DNA of 64,000 bases from an uncultured delta proteobacterium (GCA_963816145.1 CAWFJP010000002.1:64001-128000); one strand, 5' to 3'. Positions 1 through 10,350 are shown, counted from the first letter of the stretch. Notes: a model not told the origin generated them from the letters alone. Made by a program: numbers and translations.

Positions 1-1513
1 GCGCAACGTACAAGAGACGGCCGATCTGGCGTTGATCGCGCGGCGCATCGCCGAAGAATCGGAGACGCCGTTCTTCAACATTCAGGATGGTTTTCTCACC
101 ACGCACACAATCGAAAGCTTGTGCTTGCCTGAACTGGAACTGATGAAACAATTCGTCGGCGATCCGAATAACGGTCATCGCCTGCGCAATCTGATGGATC
201 CGGCCCATCCGGTGATGAGTGGGGTGGTGCAGAATCAAGACAGTTATATGAAAGGCAAGATCGCCCAGCGCTTTTTCTACGATCGAATTCCTTCGATCAT
301 GAAACGGGTGATGGACGAGTTCTATGCATTAACCGGCCGGCGTTACGGCATGATCGATACTTACGCGTTGACTGATGCCGAGTACGCGATTGTGGGTTTG
401 GGAAGTGTCATCGAGACGGCCAGCGCCACGGCAAAATATCTGCGCCAGAAAATTGGCGTCAAGGTTGGCACGTTGCACGTGACGAGCTTCCGGCCTTTTC
501 CTGGAGCGGAGATCGTCGACGCACTGAAAAATGTCAAAGCGTTGGCGATCCTCGAGCGGATGGATAATCCCGCAGCGCAGTCCAACCCCTTGACCAGTGA
601 GATCAAAGCGGCATTTGCCGACGCTTTATCCGGCGCTCCCGGCTATCCGAAAATCGATCGCGCGCCGGTGATCTACTCCGGTTCCGCCGGTTTGGGCAGC
701 CGCGATGTTCGCCCCGGAGATTTCGTCAGCGTCATTGAACACCTGCGCAACGCCGGTAAGCGACGCTTCTTCGTCCTGGGTATTGAGCATGAGCTTGCCC
801 TCCCTGTGGCCGATGAGCCCGATGTCCGGCCCAAGGGCGCATTTTCCATGCGCGGCCATTCGATCGGCGGTTACGGCTCGGTGACCACCAACAAAGTCAT
901 TGCGACCATCGTCGGCGATCTTTTCGGTCTCAAAGTGCAGGCCTACCCGATGTACGGGTCGGAGAAAAAAGGTTTGCCGACGACTTATTTTCTCACCGTG
1001 GCCGAAGAGCCCATCGGCGCCCACGCCGAGTTGCGCCACGTCGACTTCGTGCCGCTCAACAATGTCAATGCGTTCAATATCGGCAATCCGCTCGCGGGTC
1101 TCATTCCCGGCGGCACGGTATTCATCCAACACCCGAGCCGCGATCCGCAGCAAATCTGGTCGACGATCCCGGCAAATGCCCGGCAGTTCATCCGGGAAAA
1201 TCGTATCCGCGTATTGGCTCTCGATGCGGTCAAAGTGGGCCAGGAAGTGAGCAGCCAGCGCGAACTGGCGCAGCGCATGCAAGGGATCGTCTTGCTCGGC
1301 GTGTTCTTGCGCGTGGCACCATTCGTTCAGGCGCGCGGTTTAAGCGATGCTGAGGTCGATGCGACAGTGGAAAAATCGCTGCGCAAGTTCTTCGGCAAGC
1401 GCGGTGAAAAGGTCGTGCAGGAGAATCTTGCAGCGGTGCGGCGTGGCCGGAGCGAGGCGATAGAAATTACCAGCGAAGTGATGGTTTCAGCGCCATCGGA
1501 AGGCAAACCATGA
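1..1513 (+). CDS. Pyruvate/2-oxoacid:ferredoxin (flavodoxin) oxidoreductase, alpha+gamma domain subunit, 5'-partial
   Basis: Frame is open from the window start (RNVQETADLALIARR...). Motifs IQDGFLTTH, GLGSRD, HSIGGYGSVTTNK, YGSEKKG are typical of PFOR domains I-III. Confidence 0.9.
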   Translation, partial: RNVQETADLALIARRIAEESETPFFNIQDGFLTTHTIESLCLPELELMKQFVGDPNNGHRLRNLMDPAHPVMSGVVQNQDSYMKGKIAQRFFYDRIPSIMKRVMDEFYALTGRRYGMIDTYALTDAEYAIVGLGSVIETASATAKYLRQKIGVKVGTLHVTSFRPFPGAEIVDALKNVKALAILERMDNPAAQSNPLTSEIKAAFADALSGAPGYPKIDRAPVIYSGSAGLGSRDVRPGDFVSVIEHLRNAGKRRFFVLGIEHELALPVADEPDVRPKGAFSMRGHSIGGYGSVTTNKVIATIVGDLFGLKVQAYPMYGSEKKGLPTTYFLTVAEEPIGAHAELRHVDFVPLNNVNAFNIGNPLAGLIPGGTVFIQHPSRDPQQIWSTIPANARQFIRENRIRVLALDAVKVGQEVSSQRELAQRMQGIVLLGVFLRVAPFVQARGLSDAEVDATVEKSLRKFFGKRGEKVVQENLAAVRRGRSEAIEITSEVMVSAPSEGKP

Positions 1514-1929
1514 GCGACGTAAGGGTACAAGACTGGATGCACCGCGGTGTGGTTACGTGTCAGCCGGACACGCCGGTGGCTGAGGTTGCGGCGACGATGG
1601 ATACCAAAGACATCAGCGCTCTGGTGGTGGTCAATGAGCATGGCGCGGCCGTCGGTGTGATCTCGCGCACCGATTTAATCAACGCCCGCTTCGTACAACC
1701 GTATATGAAACATTGGCACGGTTTGAATGCGGAGCATTTGATGACCAAACCGGTGATCAGCGTCGCACCTGATACCACAATCAATGAGGCGGTACAGATG
1801 CTCAACGAGAAACATATCCACCGATTGGTTGTGGTCGAGAAGGCGAGCGACCATCTGCGACCGATCGGGATTCTCTCGGTGACTGACCTGGCCAAGCATG
1901 TCAGCGACATGCCGATGGGCGAGGAGTGA
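1510..1929 (+). CDS. CBS-domain pair protein
   Basis: Two CBS repeats (VQDWM...VGVISRTD; AEHLM...IGILSVTD). ATGA overlap with the upstream PFOR gene. Confidence 0.9.
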   Translation: MSDVRVQDWMHRGVVTCQPDTPVAEVAATMDTKDISALVVVNEHGAAVGVISRTDLINARFVQPYMKHWHGLNAEHLMTKPVISVAPDTTINEAVQMLNEKHIHRLVVVEKASDHLRPIGILSVTDLAKHVSDMPMGEE

Positions 1930-1931
1930 AA

Positions 1932-3623
1932 ATGGCGGATCAAGAAACTGTCTTTAACCCCTTGGAATCGGAAGGCCGCGAGCCGATCGCGCTGCCAGGA
2001 ATCAAACAGCCCGGCGCGGCGATGGAGACCCATGAAGCGACCTTCGCCGATACTCATCTGATCGAGCTCGATCTTGATAAGTACGTCGACGACTTCAACC
2101 GGCGCGTGATCGGCGCCTATCAAGAGGGCAAGGGCTCGGCGATTTTGGCCGCCGATCTCGGCGTGGCGCGCAGTTTGATTCCCGCCGGCACCGGCGCCCT
2201 GCGCGACTTCAGCTACATTGCGCCGGAAATTCCCGAGTTCGATTTCGAAAAATGCGTCGGCTGCATGACCTGTGTGACCGAATGCCCGGACACCGCGATT
2301 CTTGGCAAAGCGATTCCAGAATCCAAAGTCGCCAAGGCGCTGAGTGAAATCAGCGATGACAAAGAACGAGTGTGGGTGAGTTCACACTGGTCGCGTACCA
2401 AAAAATATTATGACGTTCCGGCAAAGAAGGGTGACGAAGGCGCGTTGTTCGGCATCTTTATCGATCCGACCAAGTGCAAAGGCTGCGCTGAGTGCGTCCA
2501 GGTTTGCGACGAGCTCGACTATCACGCGCTCAAGATGGTCGCTAAGGATGAGACCACGCTGCCGCGCTATCGCTCCGCCTTCAATCTCTTCCGCCAGATC
2601 GGGCCCACGCCGGAAGAATATATCAATCAAAAAGCGCTCGCCGACTTCATGCTCGCCGAACAGGCGTCTTTGCTCTACGTCGGCGGCGCCGGCTCGTGCA
2701 TGGGCTGCGGCGAGGCGACGGCGATCCGGATGATGCTCGCGGCGACGGGATTCGTCCATGGACCGGAGAACCTCGGCATTGTCGCGGCCACCGGCTGCAA
2801 CACGGTTTACGGCTCGACCTATCCTTACAATCCTTACATCGTGCCGTGGACCAATTCTCTTTTCGAAAACGCACCGGCGGACGCGATGGGCGTGCGGGCG
2901 CGCTGGAATCAACGCGGTTGGGAATACAAAAAACTCTGGGTCATCGGCGGCGACGGCGCGATGTACGACATCGGCTTGCAGAGTTTGAGCCGGATGCTCG
3001 CGAGCGGTATGGATATCAAGGTGCTGGTCCTCGACACTCAAGTTTATTCAAACACCGGAGGGCAGGCTTCGACCGCGACGTTTACCGCACAGGACGCCAA
3101 GATGGCGTCATTCGGCAAAGAAGGGCGTGGCAAGCGCGAACGGCGCAAGGAATTGTCGCAGATTTGCCTGGCCCATCCCGATGTCTTTGTCGCGCAGACC
3201 ACAGCGGCGCATATCAATCATTTCTATAAAGCCATTATCGAAGCGAACGATTATCCCGGCCCAGCGGTGATCAATGTTTACACCACTTGTCAGCCGGAGC
3301 ATGGCGTGCCCGATTGCAATTCCGCGCGCCAAGCCAAGTTGGCGGTAGAAAGCCGCACGTTTCCGCTGTTCATATACGATCCGCGCAAGGGCGACAAAAT
3401 TCGCGAGCGCTTGAGTCTGGTGGGCAACCCGGCGCAGAAGGAGGATTGGTGGACGCCGCCGCAAAGCGATCAGCCCTGCACTTTTGTCGACTTCGCGCGC
3501 ACCGAAGGGCGCTTCGCCAAACAGTTCGATCGCGACGGCCAGCCATCGACAGCGCTGCTACTGACGCAACAAGATCGCTTACAGAACTGGCATGCGCTGC
3601 AAGAACTAGCGGGGCTGCGCTAG
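1932..3623 (+). CDS. PFOR ferredoxin + TPP-binding (delta/beta) subunit
   Basis: CVGCMTCVTECP and CKGCAECVQVC ferredoxin motifs; GSCMGCGE, ATGC and GGDGAMYDIG...DTQVYSNTGGQ TPP motif. GAGGAG RBS precedes ATG 1932. Confidence 0.92.
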   Translation: MADQETVFNPLESEGREPIALPGIKQPGAAMETHEATFADTHLIELDLDKYVDDFNRRVIGAYQEGKGSAILAADLGVARSLIPAGTGALRDFSYIAPEIPEFDFEKCVGCMTCVTECPDTAILGKAIPESKVAKALSEISDDKERVWVSSHWSRTKKYYDVPAKKGDEGALFGIFIDPTKCKGCAECVQVCDELDYHALKMVAKDETTLPRYRSAFNLFRQIGPTPEEYINQKALADFMLAEQASLLYVGGAGSCMGCGEATAIRMMLAATGFVHGPENLGIVAATGCNTVYGSTYPYNPYIVPWTNSLFENAPADAMGVRARWNQRGWEYKKLWVIGGDGAMYDIGLQSLSRMLASGMDIKVLVLDTQVYSNTGGQASTATFTAQDAKMASFGKEGRGKRERRKELSQICLAHPDVFVAQTTAAHINHFYKAIIEANDYPGPAVINVYTTCQPEHGVPDCNSARQAKLAVESRTFPLFIYDPRKGDKIRERLSLVGNPAQKEDWWTPPQSDQPCTFVDFARTEGRFAKQFDRDGQPSTALLLTQQDRLQNWHALQELAGLR

Positions 3624-3646
3624 CACCGAGGAAATGAGGTGGCGTT

Positions 3647-4075
3647 ATGGCAAAAGCGAAAATGTTTGTCGTGGCGATCGATTTTTCTCGCGGGTCGGAA
3701 AAGGCCTTCGATTATGCACTGCGCTCGGCGCGCGAAGGTAAAGCGAAGCTTGTGGCGCTGAACGTCGTGCCGGCGGAACTGATCTATCCGCCGACCGGGG
3801 GGCAATTCGACTTCTACGGGTTGATGGAACGAGATGCCCGCGATCGCTTTGCCAAGTTGGTGAAGCGCAAAGCCATCAAGCCAGGAGAGTGCAAGCTCGT
3901 GTTGGCGCGCGGTACCGATTTCGCCGCGGTGATCGTGCGGCAGGCCAAGAAGCTGCGAGCAGAGTTGATTATCATGGGCAGTCATGGCCGAACGGGTTTG
4001 CGCCGGTTGCTGTTGGGCAGTGTGGCGGAGCGAACCTTGCGCTACGCCGGCTGTCCGGTGCTGATCGTCAAGTGA
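3647..4075 (+). CDS. Universal stress protein (UspA family)
   Basis: VVAIDFS N-terminus and IIMGSHGRTGLRRLLLGSVAERTLR...PVLIV signature. Confidence 0.93.
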   Translation: MAKAKMFVVAIDFSRGSEKAFDYALRSAREGKAKLVALNVVPAELIYPPTGGQFDFYGLMERDARDRFAKLVKRKAIKPGECKLVLARGTDFAAVIVRQAKKLRAELIIMGSHGRTGLRRLLLGSVAERTLRYAGCPVLIVK

Positions 4076-4111
4076 TGGTCCGGAAGCGTGCTTGCGGCGG
4101 TGGGGAATGGC

Positions 4112-4697
4112 ATGAAGTTGCACGGTTTTTTCCTTCGTTTTGGCCCGAACGCTTTACGGATCGCAGGGACATGCCCATGCGGTTGATGTGGCCGCAGAGC
4201 CGTTAGTTCGTAAGACGATCTTCGGGGTGCTGTTGCACGATCGCGGTCCGTTTAACGATCGTAATGAAAACGGCGTTGATCCCAACTGGAAATTGGAGCT
4301 TAATCCGCCGAAGTGGTCAGCTTGGCGCTGGCTTGGCTCGCCCGAACCGATTCTCGGTGTGACGCCTAATTTCAGTGGTGACACCAGCGCCTTCTATGCT
4401 GGGCTCAATTACGAATTGAGCTTGTCCAATCGCTGGACCGACGAGCTAACCTTGAGTTTGACCAAGCATATCTTCGTTGGCGCCAGCAATAAAAACGGCT
4501 GCAAGGAAGAGAGCGATTGCGGCTTCGGCTATCGTGTGTTGCCGCGTCTCGGCTTCGAAGTCGGGGGTTATCTCTCGGCGAAACAGGGAATTTCAATTTT
4601 CTACAATCATATGTCGCACAAGGACATACTGCCCGGAGAGAACGAAGGCCTCGATCACATCGGCAGCCGTTATCACTTTCTGTTCAATCGCCGATGA
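4112..4697 (+). pseudogene. Acyloxyacyl hydrolase / PagL-like outer-membrane beta-barrel, frameshifted near 4130
   Basis: ATG 4112 (MKLHGFF) is one base out of frame with the ORF at 4140. Removing one base restores a signal peptide ending in AHA. The C-terminus has the PagL-like H-x-S-H...ENEGLD...YHF pattern. Confidence 0.55.
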
Positions 4698-4738
4698 CGA
4701 CTTCGTCGGATCGCTTGAGCCTGCGGGAACGTGATCGA

Positions 4739-7465
4739 TCAGGCGACGCGAATTCTCGCGTCGACGATCCAACAGCCTTGTCCGGGCGGGAGGGCGATTA
4801 CCGGATTCAAATCTAACTCTGAAATGTCCGGGATCTCTTCTACCAAGCGGGCGACGCGCAGCAGCAGCTCTTCGATCGCCGCAAGGTCAGCCGGTGGGTG
4901 GCCGCGATAACCTTCGAGCAGACGATAGCCGCGGATGCTGCGGATCATCTCCTTGGCATCGCGATCAGTGATCGGCGTGACGCGGAAGCAAACATCTTTG
5001 AGAATCTCGACATGAATCCCGCCGAGGCCGAATCCAATCAGAGGGCCGAAGGATGGATCTTGTGTGACGCCAACCATGAGCTCGACACCGCCGCCGATCA
5101 TTGGTTGTACCAGTACCCCGTCGAAGGCATCGATACGATGTGCCTCGGCCAGCCGTTCGTGAATTGTTGCAAAGGCATGACGGACCGCTAATTCGTCTTG
5201 CAGGTTGAGTTCCACTCCACCGAATTCAGTTTTGTGGACGATCTGGCGTGACGCTAGTTTGAGCGCCACCGGAAAGCCGATGGCGCGAGCTGCTTCTACG
5301 GTATCGTCCACCATACGGCAAATTGCGCTGCGCGGCAGCGGCAAGCTAAAATTTTTGAGAATGGTTCGCACTTCCTCGGCGCCGAGCCAACCCGCTCCGC
5401 GATCTCGTAGGATTGTATGGCAGAGCGCGCGGGCGGGTTCCACTTGAATATCGTCGAAGTCGGGAATCACTCCCGGCGGCTGTTGGCGCCATTCGGCGTA
5501 GTTCGCCATTTTCCCCAGCACTCGCGCCGCGTTTTCGGGGAAGGCGTAGTTTGGCAACCGCTCATCCGGCGATTCGCCGACGGAGCTGAGTTTGTCACCG
5601 TCCATGATGCAGGTAAGGACAGGTTTCGCCGCGCCTCCCTCGGCGCGCACGGTAGCAACACCGTTAGAGATGCCTCGGGCGATGGCTGAGATATCCGCGA
5701 GTCCGACGTGGATCGTTAGGACGATAACGGCGTCGACTTGTGGATCGCGCAATAAGATCTCGGTTGCCGCACGGAAATGCTCCGCGGTCGCTGACGCGAT
5801 CATGTCGATGGGATTCGACACGCTTGCTGTGGTTGGCAGGAATTCTTTCAGTTGAATCTTGGTCGCGTCGCTCAGTTCTTGAACCAGCAGATCGTTCGCT
5901 TCGCAAGTGTCGGCGCACAGAATGCCCAAACCGCCGGCGTTGGTGAGGATGGCAACGCGTCGGCCTTGCGGTAAAGGCTGACCGCTCAACGCTGCGGCGA
6001 GATCGAACATCTCGTCGAGAGTTTCCGCGCGGATGACGCCGGTTTGGTGAAACAGCGCATCCACCGCGACATCGCTGGCAGCCAGCGCGGCGGTATGTGA
6101 GCTGGCGGCCCGTTTGCCGGCGTTGGTTCGCCCGGCTTTTACCGCAACGATCGGTTTGTGCCGGCTGACTCGGCTGGCGATCCGCCCGAACCTTCTGGGA
6201 TTACCGAAGGATTCCAAATAAAGTAGGACGACATCAGTGCGGCTGTCGATCTCCCAATATTGCAGCAAGTCGTTGCCCGAGACATCGGCTTTGTTGCCGA
6301 CACTGACGAAGTTCGATAAACCGAGGCCGCGCCGGCGCGCTAGTGCAATGATCGCCAACCCCAGCGCGCCGCTTTGGGATGAGAAAGCGATGCGTCCGGC
6401 AGGCGGGAAATCCGGGGCGAACGAGGCGTTCAACCGCACGGCGGGGTCCGTGTTCAACAAACCCAGGCAGTTTGGACCCACCATGCGCATGCCGTGGCCA
6501 CGCACTTTTTCCAAAAGCCGCCGTTGCAGTTCGCGCCCTTCGGCGCCGATCTCGGCAAATCCTGCGGTGATAACGACCACGGCACGCAGCCCGCGTGCGG
6601 CGCAGTCATCGACCACTCCCATGACCGCATCGCGTGGCACGGCAATCACCGCTAGATCCGGCGCTTCTGGAATATCGCGCACCGAGGGGTAGGCGCGCAG
6701 AGATCCAATTGCCGTGGCTTTCGGATTGATCGGATAGAGTGGGCCGCGAAAGCCGGCATCGACGGCGGCCTGTAAAAGCCTGGTGCCGATATTGGCCGGA
6801 TTGCGCGAGGCACCGATGATCGCGACGGACCGCGGCTGAAAGAACGGCCGCAGAGAAGCGGCTGTCGATACCCGGTCGCGCAGTTCGGCATGTGTCACAC
6901 TTGCCGCGCTCGGCGTCAGATCAAGATCGATTTCAACAACGCCTTGGTCTGCTTTAGTTCGGCATGCAAAACCCGACTTGCGAAAGACGTCGATCATTGG
7001 CTGGTTTTCGAACATGGTCATCGCCCAAAAATGACGAATCCCGTTCACCGCTGCGATGAGCGCCAGCCGTTCGAGTAGTAAAGTGCCGATGCCTTTGCCT
7101 TGGTAGGTGTCAGCGACCGCCAGACCGATATCAGCGGCGTTGGCGTCTATCACGACGTAAGAGCCCACAGCGATGATGGTTTCCACATCTCCAATTAATT
7201 GGGTGACGACCAGGGTGAGTTGCTTGCGGGCGTCGCTGGCATCGCAAAAGGAGATTATGATTTTTTCATCTGGAAGCGAGTGCGAGAAAAAACGACGCAA
7301 CCGCGATTGCTTCGATAGCGAGGCAAAGAAGTTTGCCATCGTCGCCAGGTCGCTGGGCCGAGCAGCGCGAATGGTGGCCGACATGCCGTCGCGTAAAGTT
7401 AACCGGCCCGACCCTGGCGCATCCTGCGTGGGGATCGGCACAAAATGAGGACGAACAGATGCCAT
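4739..7465 (-). CDS. GNAT + NDP-forming acyl-CoA synthetase fusion (Pat-type protein lysine acetyltransferase, N-terminal GNAT)
   Basis: N-terminal GNAT (YQGKGIGTLLL), CoA-binding domain (VAIIGAS, GPNCLG), SHT and HKT motifs, ATP-grasp C-terminus (ELDLNPV...DARI). Confidence 0.9.
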   Translation of the reverse strand: MASVRPHFVPIPTQDAPGSGRLTLRDGMSATIRAARPSDLATMANFFASLSKQSRLRRFFSHSLPDEKIIISFCDASDARKQLTLVVTQLIGDVETIIAVGSYVVIDANAADIGLAVADTYQGKGIGTLLLERLALIAAVNGIRHFWAMTMFENQPMIDVFRKSGFACRTKADQGVVEIDLDLTPSAASVTHAELRDRVSTAASLRPFFQPRSVAIIGASRNPANIGTRLLQAAVDAGFRGPLYPINPKATAIGSLRAYPSVRDIPEAPDLAVIAVPRDAVMGVVDDCAARGLRAVVVITAGFAEIGAEGRELQRRLLEKVRGHGMRMVGPNCLGLLNTDPAVRLNASFAPDFPPAGRIAFSSQSGALGLAIIALARRRGLGLSNFVSVGNKADVSGNDLLQYWEIDSRTDVVLLYLESFGNPRRFGRIASRVSRHKPIVAVKAGRTNAGKRAASSHTAALAASDVAVDALFHQTGVIRAETLDEMFDLAAALSGQPLPQGRRVAILTNAGGLGILCADTCEANDLLVQELSDATKIQLKEFLPTTASVSNPIDMIASATAEHFRAATEILLRDPQVDAVIVLTIHVGLADISAIARGISNGVATVRAEGGAAKPVLTCIMDGDKLSSVGESPDERLPNYAFPENAARVLGKMANYAEWRQQPPGVIPDFDDIQVEPARALCHTILRDRGAGWLGAEEVRTILKNFSLPLPRSAICRMVDDTVEAARAIGFPVALKLASRQIVHKTEFGGVELNLQDELAVRHAFATIHERLAEAHRIDAFDGVLVQPMIGGGVELMVGVTQDPSFGPLIGFGLGGIHVEILKDVCFRVTPITDRDAKEMIRSIRGYRLLEGYRGHPPADLAAIEELLLRVARLVEEIPDISELDLNPVIALPPGQGCWIVDARIRVA

Positions 7466-7507
7466 AAGTCCTTACTAGGCTTCTGCTTCGGTATTTTCAA
7501 GGAAATG

Positions 7508-7897
7508 CTAGGCCATCAAATAGCTGCGCAGAACATTTCGTACCATGGGAAATTGCAGCGGCTTGTAGAGAACCTCGGCGGCGCCGGCAGTACGGGCGCG
7601 CTCGACGCGTGCTTCGATATTGCAGGCGGTGGTCCAACCGGTATTGATGACGACCGGGATGTTTCGAGTGCTCCTATTCGACTTGAGCCGCACGGTTACT
7701 TCATCGCCGTTCAATCCCGGCAACTGGACGTCCAACATAATTAGATCCGGTCGAATACTGGAAGCCTTATCGATGGCCTCCGGACCCGTAGCGCCTTCGA
7801 AAACTTCATGGCCCAAGCCTTTGAGAAAGGTTCCGAGGGCGGCTCGAACGGTGGCATTGCTATCGACGATCAATACTTTCTTGTTGGTGTGCTGCAT
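7508..7897 (-). CDS. Stand-alone response regulator receiver (DivK/CheY-like)
   Basis: KVLIVD, DLIMLDVQLP, and KP motifs. Confidence 0.88.
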   Translation of the reverse strand: MQHTNKKVLIVDSNATVRAALGTFLKGLGHEVFEGATGPEAIDKASSIRPDLIMLDVQLPGLNGDEVTVRLKSNRSTRNIPVVINTGWTTACNIEARVERARTAGAAEVLYKPLQFPMVRNVLRSYLMA

Positions 7898-7910
7898 GAT
7901 CAGGAACTAG

Positions 7911-7927
7911 AGCACGAAAGGTGCCAG
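7911..7927 (-). promoter_or_regulatory. Putative sigma54 (-24/-12) promoter
   Basis: Minus strand reads CTGGCACCTTTCGTGCT: GG-N10-GC with TGGCAC, directly upstream of the receiver gene at 7897. Confidence 0.65.
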
Positions 7928-8194
7928 GGCCGGCAATCCTGGTCCCTGGGGCAATTACAGTCCGGTCGCCGCATTCCAGTGCCAACTAACGATGGGTTTC
8001 GCCGATCCCCGCATTTCATCTGCTAAGTAAGAATTTCCCTTCTTCGGTTAGTTTTACTTGGCTGAGATCAGGTAGCGAGGCAGTGCGAAGGTTAAGAGAT
8101 CGCCCGTGGAGCGGTAAGATGGTGAATTGACAAGTTCCGCTAGGGGTAGATAATGACTCCAGGATTGCCCGATGGGTTCAGAGAGGAGAAGTTT

Positions 8195-8491
8195 ATGAGC
8201 CGTTTCGTTTCAACGTCTTTGGCTTCCATTCTGCTATCGTCTGTCGTGGGTTGCGCCGGAGTCGCGCCGAATACTGCCGTGGTTGCAACCCAGGAAGTGG
8301 CTCGCGGGGACTACTGCCATAAAATATTGCCAGCCGTGGGTCCCGCGTCGCCGACGATGGCGCAGCCCTCAGCTGGGGATATCATCGATTATTACGGTCC
8401 TTGCGACGGCCCATCGGTCAGCGAGCAGATTCAGCAGCAGCGGCGTTTCGAGTCATATCGCTTCGGCAGAGATTATATGGATGAAGGGTAA
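8195..8491 (+). CDS. Small putative lipoprotein, unknown function
   Basis: AGGAG RBS, hydrophobic signal ending in a VVGC lipobox-like motif, internal YCH and GPCD cysteines. Confidence 0.7.
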   Translation: MSRFVSTSLASILLSSVVGCAGVAPNTAVVATQEVARGDYCHKILPAVGPASPTMAQPSAGDIIDYYGPCDGPSVSEQIQQQRRFESYRFGRDYMDEG

Positions 8492-8963
8492 GATCGCCGT
8501 TTGAGTTCTCTAGTGATTAACCTGCCGTGGGCCTTAGGTTTGAAGTCCGCGGTGCCGTGTATCGCGCCTAGTTGAATCCTTTTAAATCCTTTAACAGGCC
8601 TTAGCTTCTTTCCCTGGCTTAGCGTTGGTTCGCGCGGTTTCTGGCCAATTTTACCTGTTGGAAAAGCGCTCTGGAGTTGGTATCGGTGAGGTGCATAACC
8701 ACCACCGCCAAACCAATGGGCGGCTGGTTACAGGTTTTGTCTGATTTTCAGCTGCAGTGATTTCAAATAATTTGCCTGGCTAGCGAAGGTTCACCGCCAG
8801 ATGTCGCAACCCGGCAAGGGTTTGGAATTTTGCCAATTTGCGTGATCGCTCATGGTAATCACGGTGCTTACTATCACACCTGGAAATGATAGTTTTTCTG
8901 GCAAACTCGTCAAAGTTACCGGCAGCGGGTAACGTGACGCAGACGGCAAGGGGTAATGCAGCC

Positions 8964-8980
8964 TTGGCACAGGAGATGCT
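8964..8980 (+). promoter_or_regulatory. Putative sigma54 (-24/-12) promoter
   Basis: TTGGCACAGGAGATGCT (GG-N10-GC), about 25 nt before ATG 9006. Confidence 0.7.
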
Positions 8981-9005
8981 CTCCACAATGGCCTGGAGTT
9001 GAACG

Positions 9006-9398
9006 ATGGCATATAGAGTTCTACTTATTGAAGACAACACCGACTGCCGCGAGCTATTCGCGATGATGGTACGGCACTTGGGTTTCGACGTCCTACAGGC
9101 CGATGACGGCGAACTCGGCGTGCAAAAAGCCATAAGCGAGAAGCCCGATCTAATCATCATGGATATAGGCATGCCCAATATGAACGGCATGGAGGCGCTC
9201 GCTTGTTTGCGCGAAAGCACCGTAACCAAAACCACACCGATTGTTGTCTACACGGCGTGGGTTGGCGAGAATTATCGCGATGCGGCGCTGAAATCCGGCG
9301 CCCACGAATTCATCACCAAGCCGATTTCGTTTGAAGATCTTCAAAGAGTCCTGTTGCGCTATATTCCCGTACCTAGCAACTGCGCTGACGTTCAGTAG
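9006..9398 (+). CDS. Stand-alone response regulator receiver (DivK-like)
   Basis: VLLIEDN, DLIIMDIGMP, VYTA, ITKP motifs. Confidence 0.9.
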   Translation: MAYRVLLIEDNTDCRELFAMMVRHLGFDVLQADDGELGVQKAISEKPDLIIMDIGMPNMNGMEALACLRESTVTKTTPIVVYTAWVGENYRDAALKSGAHEFITKPISFEDLQRVLLRYIPVPSNCADVQ

Positions 9399-9621
9399 CA
9401 CAGCGTCGCGGAGCGTCAATGTCAGCCGGTCGTTTGGTTCATTCTATGTGTAAGCGACGGTTTTCTTAGATTGATTCTGCCACGCTCGCTTGACAACCCT
9501 TTGACCGATCAGCTAGGTCTACAAAAGCAGTCAAAATTATTTTACTTAATGGCTCTGCATCGGATCTGGGCGGTTGTCACGAATGGTTCGCCTGGGTTCC
9601 GAGCGGAGCGGAGGAATATTT

Positions 9622-10326
9622 ATGAAACCACAGGAATGGCGCCAACAATTGGGTGAGTGCGTGCGCGATCTGTTTCGCTCGCCGGAGATGGAGCAATTTT
9701 ATTCGCTTCCGATGACCCTCAATCGGGCGCGGATCTACCTGCTTCAGCTCGGTTTGTACGTGCGTCAGCGGCGCAATTTTTGGCCTCAGGTTGCGGCCAA
9801 CTGTCCGGAATTCGAAGTGAAGCAGCGGATCATGGAACATGAGCACGAAGAATTGGTCGAGGATGAGTTCTCCAAGGCGGGCCATTTGGATCTGATTTTT
9901 CGCCAAGGCAAGGAATTAGGTTTGAGCGTCGACGAAGTTATGAAGGCCGAAGCGCTGCCGACCACCAAGGCGGCGATCTACGGCTGGTTTTGGATCGCAC
10001 GTCACCGACCGTGGCAGGAAGCGGTTGCCGCTTCGACCATCGCCGAGTGGACCAACGATGACCGGCTTTTGGGCGACATCGGCGGCGGCAACTGCACCCG
10101 CCTGTATAAAATTTGGAAGCGCGATATGAATTTTTCCGATGGCCAAATGCCCAACTTCACCGCTCACAGCAAGGCCGACGTGAGACATTCCGACATGTTC
10201 ATCGACGTCCTTGAGAAGTACGTTACCCCAGGACGAGAACAAGACGTGATCGATACCGCGAAAGAGTCGATGGACCTGCACCGTGCCTACTTTGGCGGCA
10301 TGGCACACGCGATGTCTAAGGTCTGA
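9622..10326 (+). CDS. Heme-oxygenase-like di-iron protein (CADD/TenA/PqqC superfamily)
   Basis: EHEHEE...GH, TIAEW and HSKADVRH match the E/H/E/H/D/H ligand pattern of CADD-type proteins. GGAGG RBS before ATG 9622. Confidence 0.8.
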   Translation: MKPQEWRQQLGECVRDLFRSPEMEQFYSLPMTLNRARIYLLQLGLYVRQRRNFWPQVAANCPEFEVKQRIMEHEHEELVEDEFSKAGHLDLIFRQGKELGLSVDEVMKAEALPTTKAAIYGWFWIARHRPWQEAVAASTIAEWTNDDRLLGDIGGGNCTRLYKIWKRDMNFSDGQMPNFTAHSKADVRHSDMFIDVLEKYVTPGREQDVIDTAKESMDLHRAYFGGMAHAMSKV

Positions 10327-10350
10327 TAACAAAGCTCAGGGACCGTCGCG

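Noticed and set aside
4108-4122. TGGCATGAAGTTGCA as a sigma54 promoter
   Set aside because: GG-to-GC spacing is 9 rather than the required 10, and it overlaps the probable start codon.
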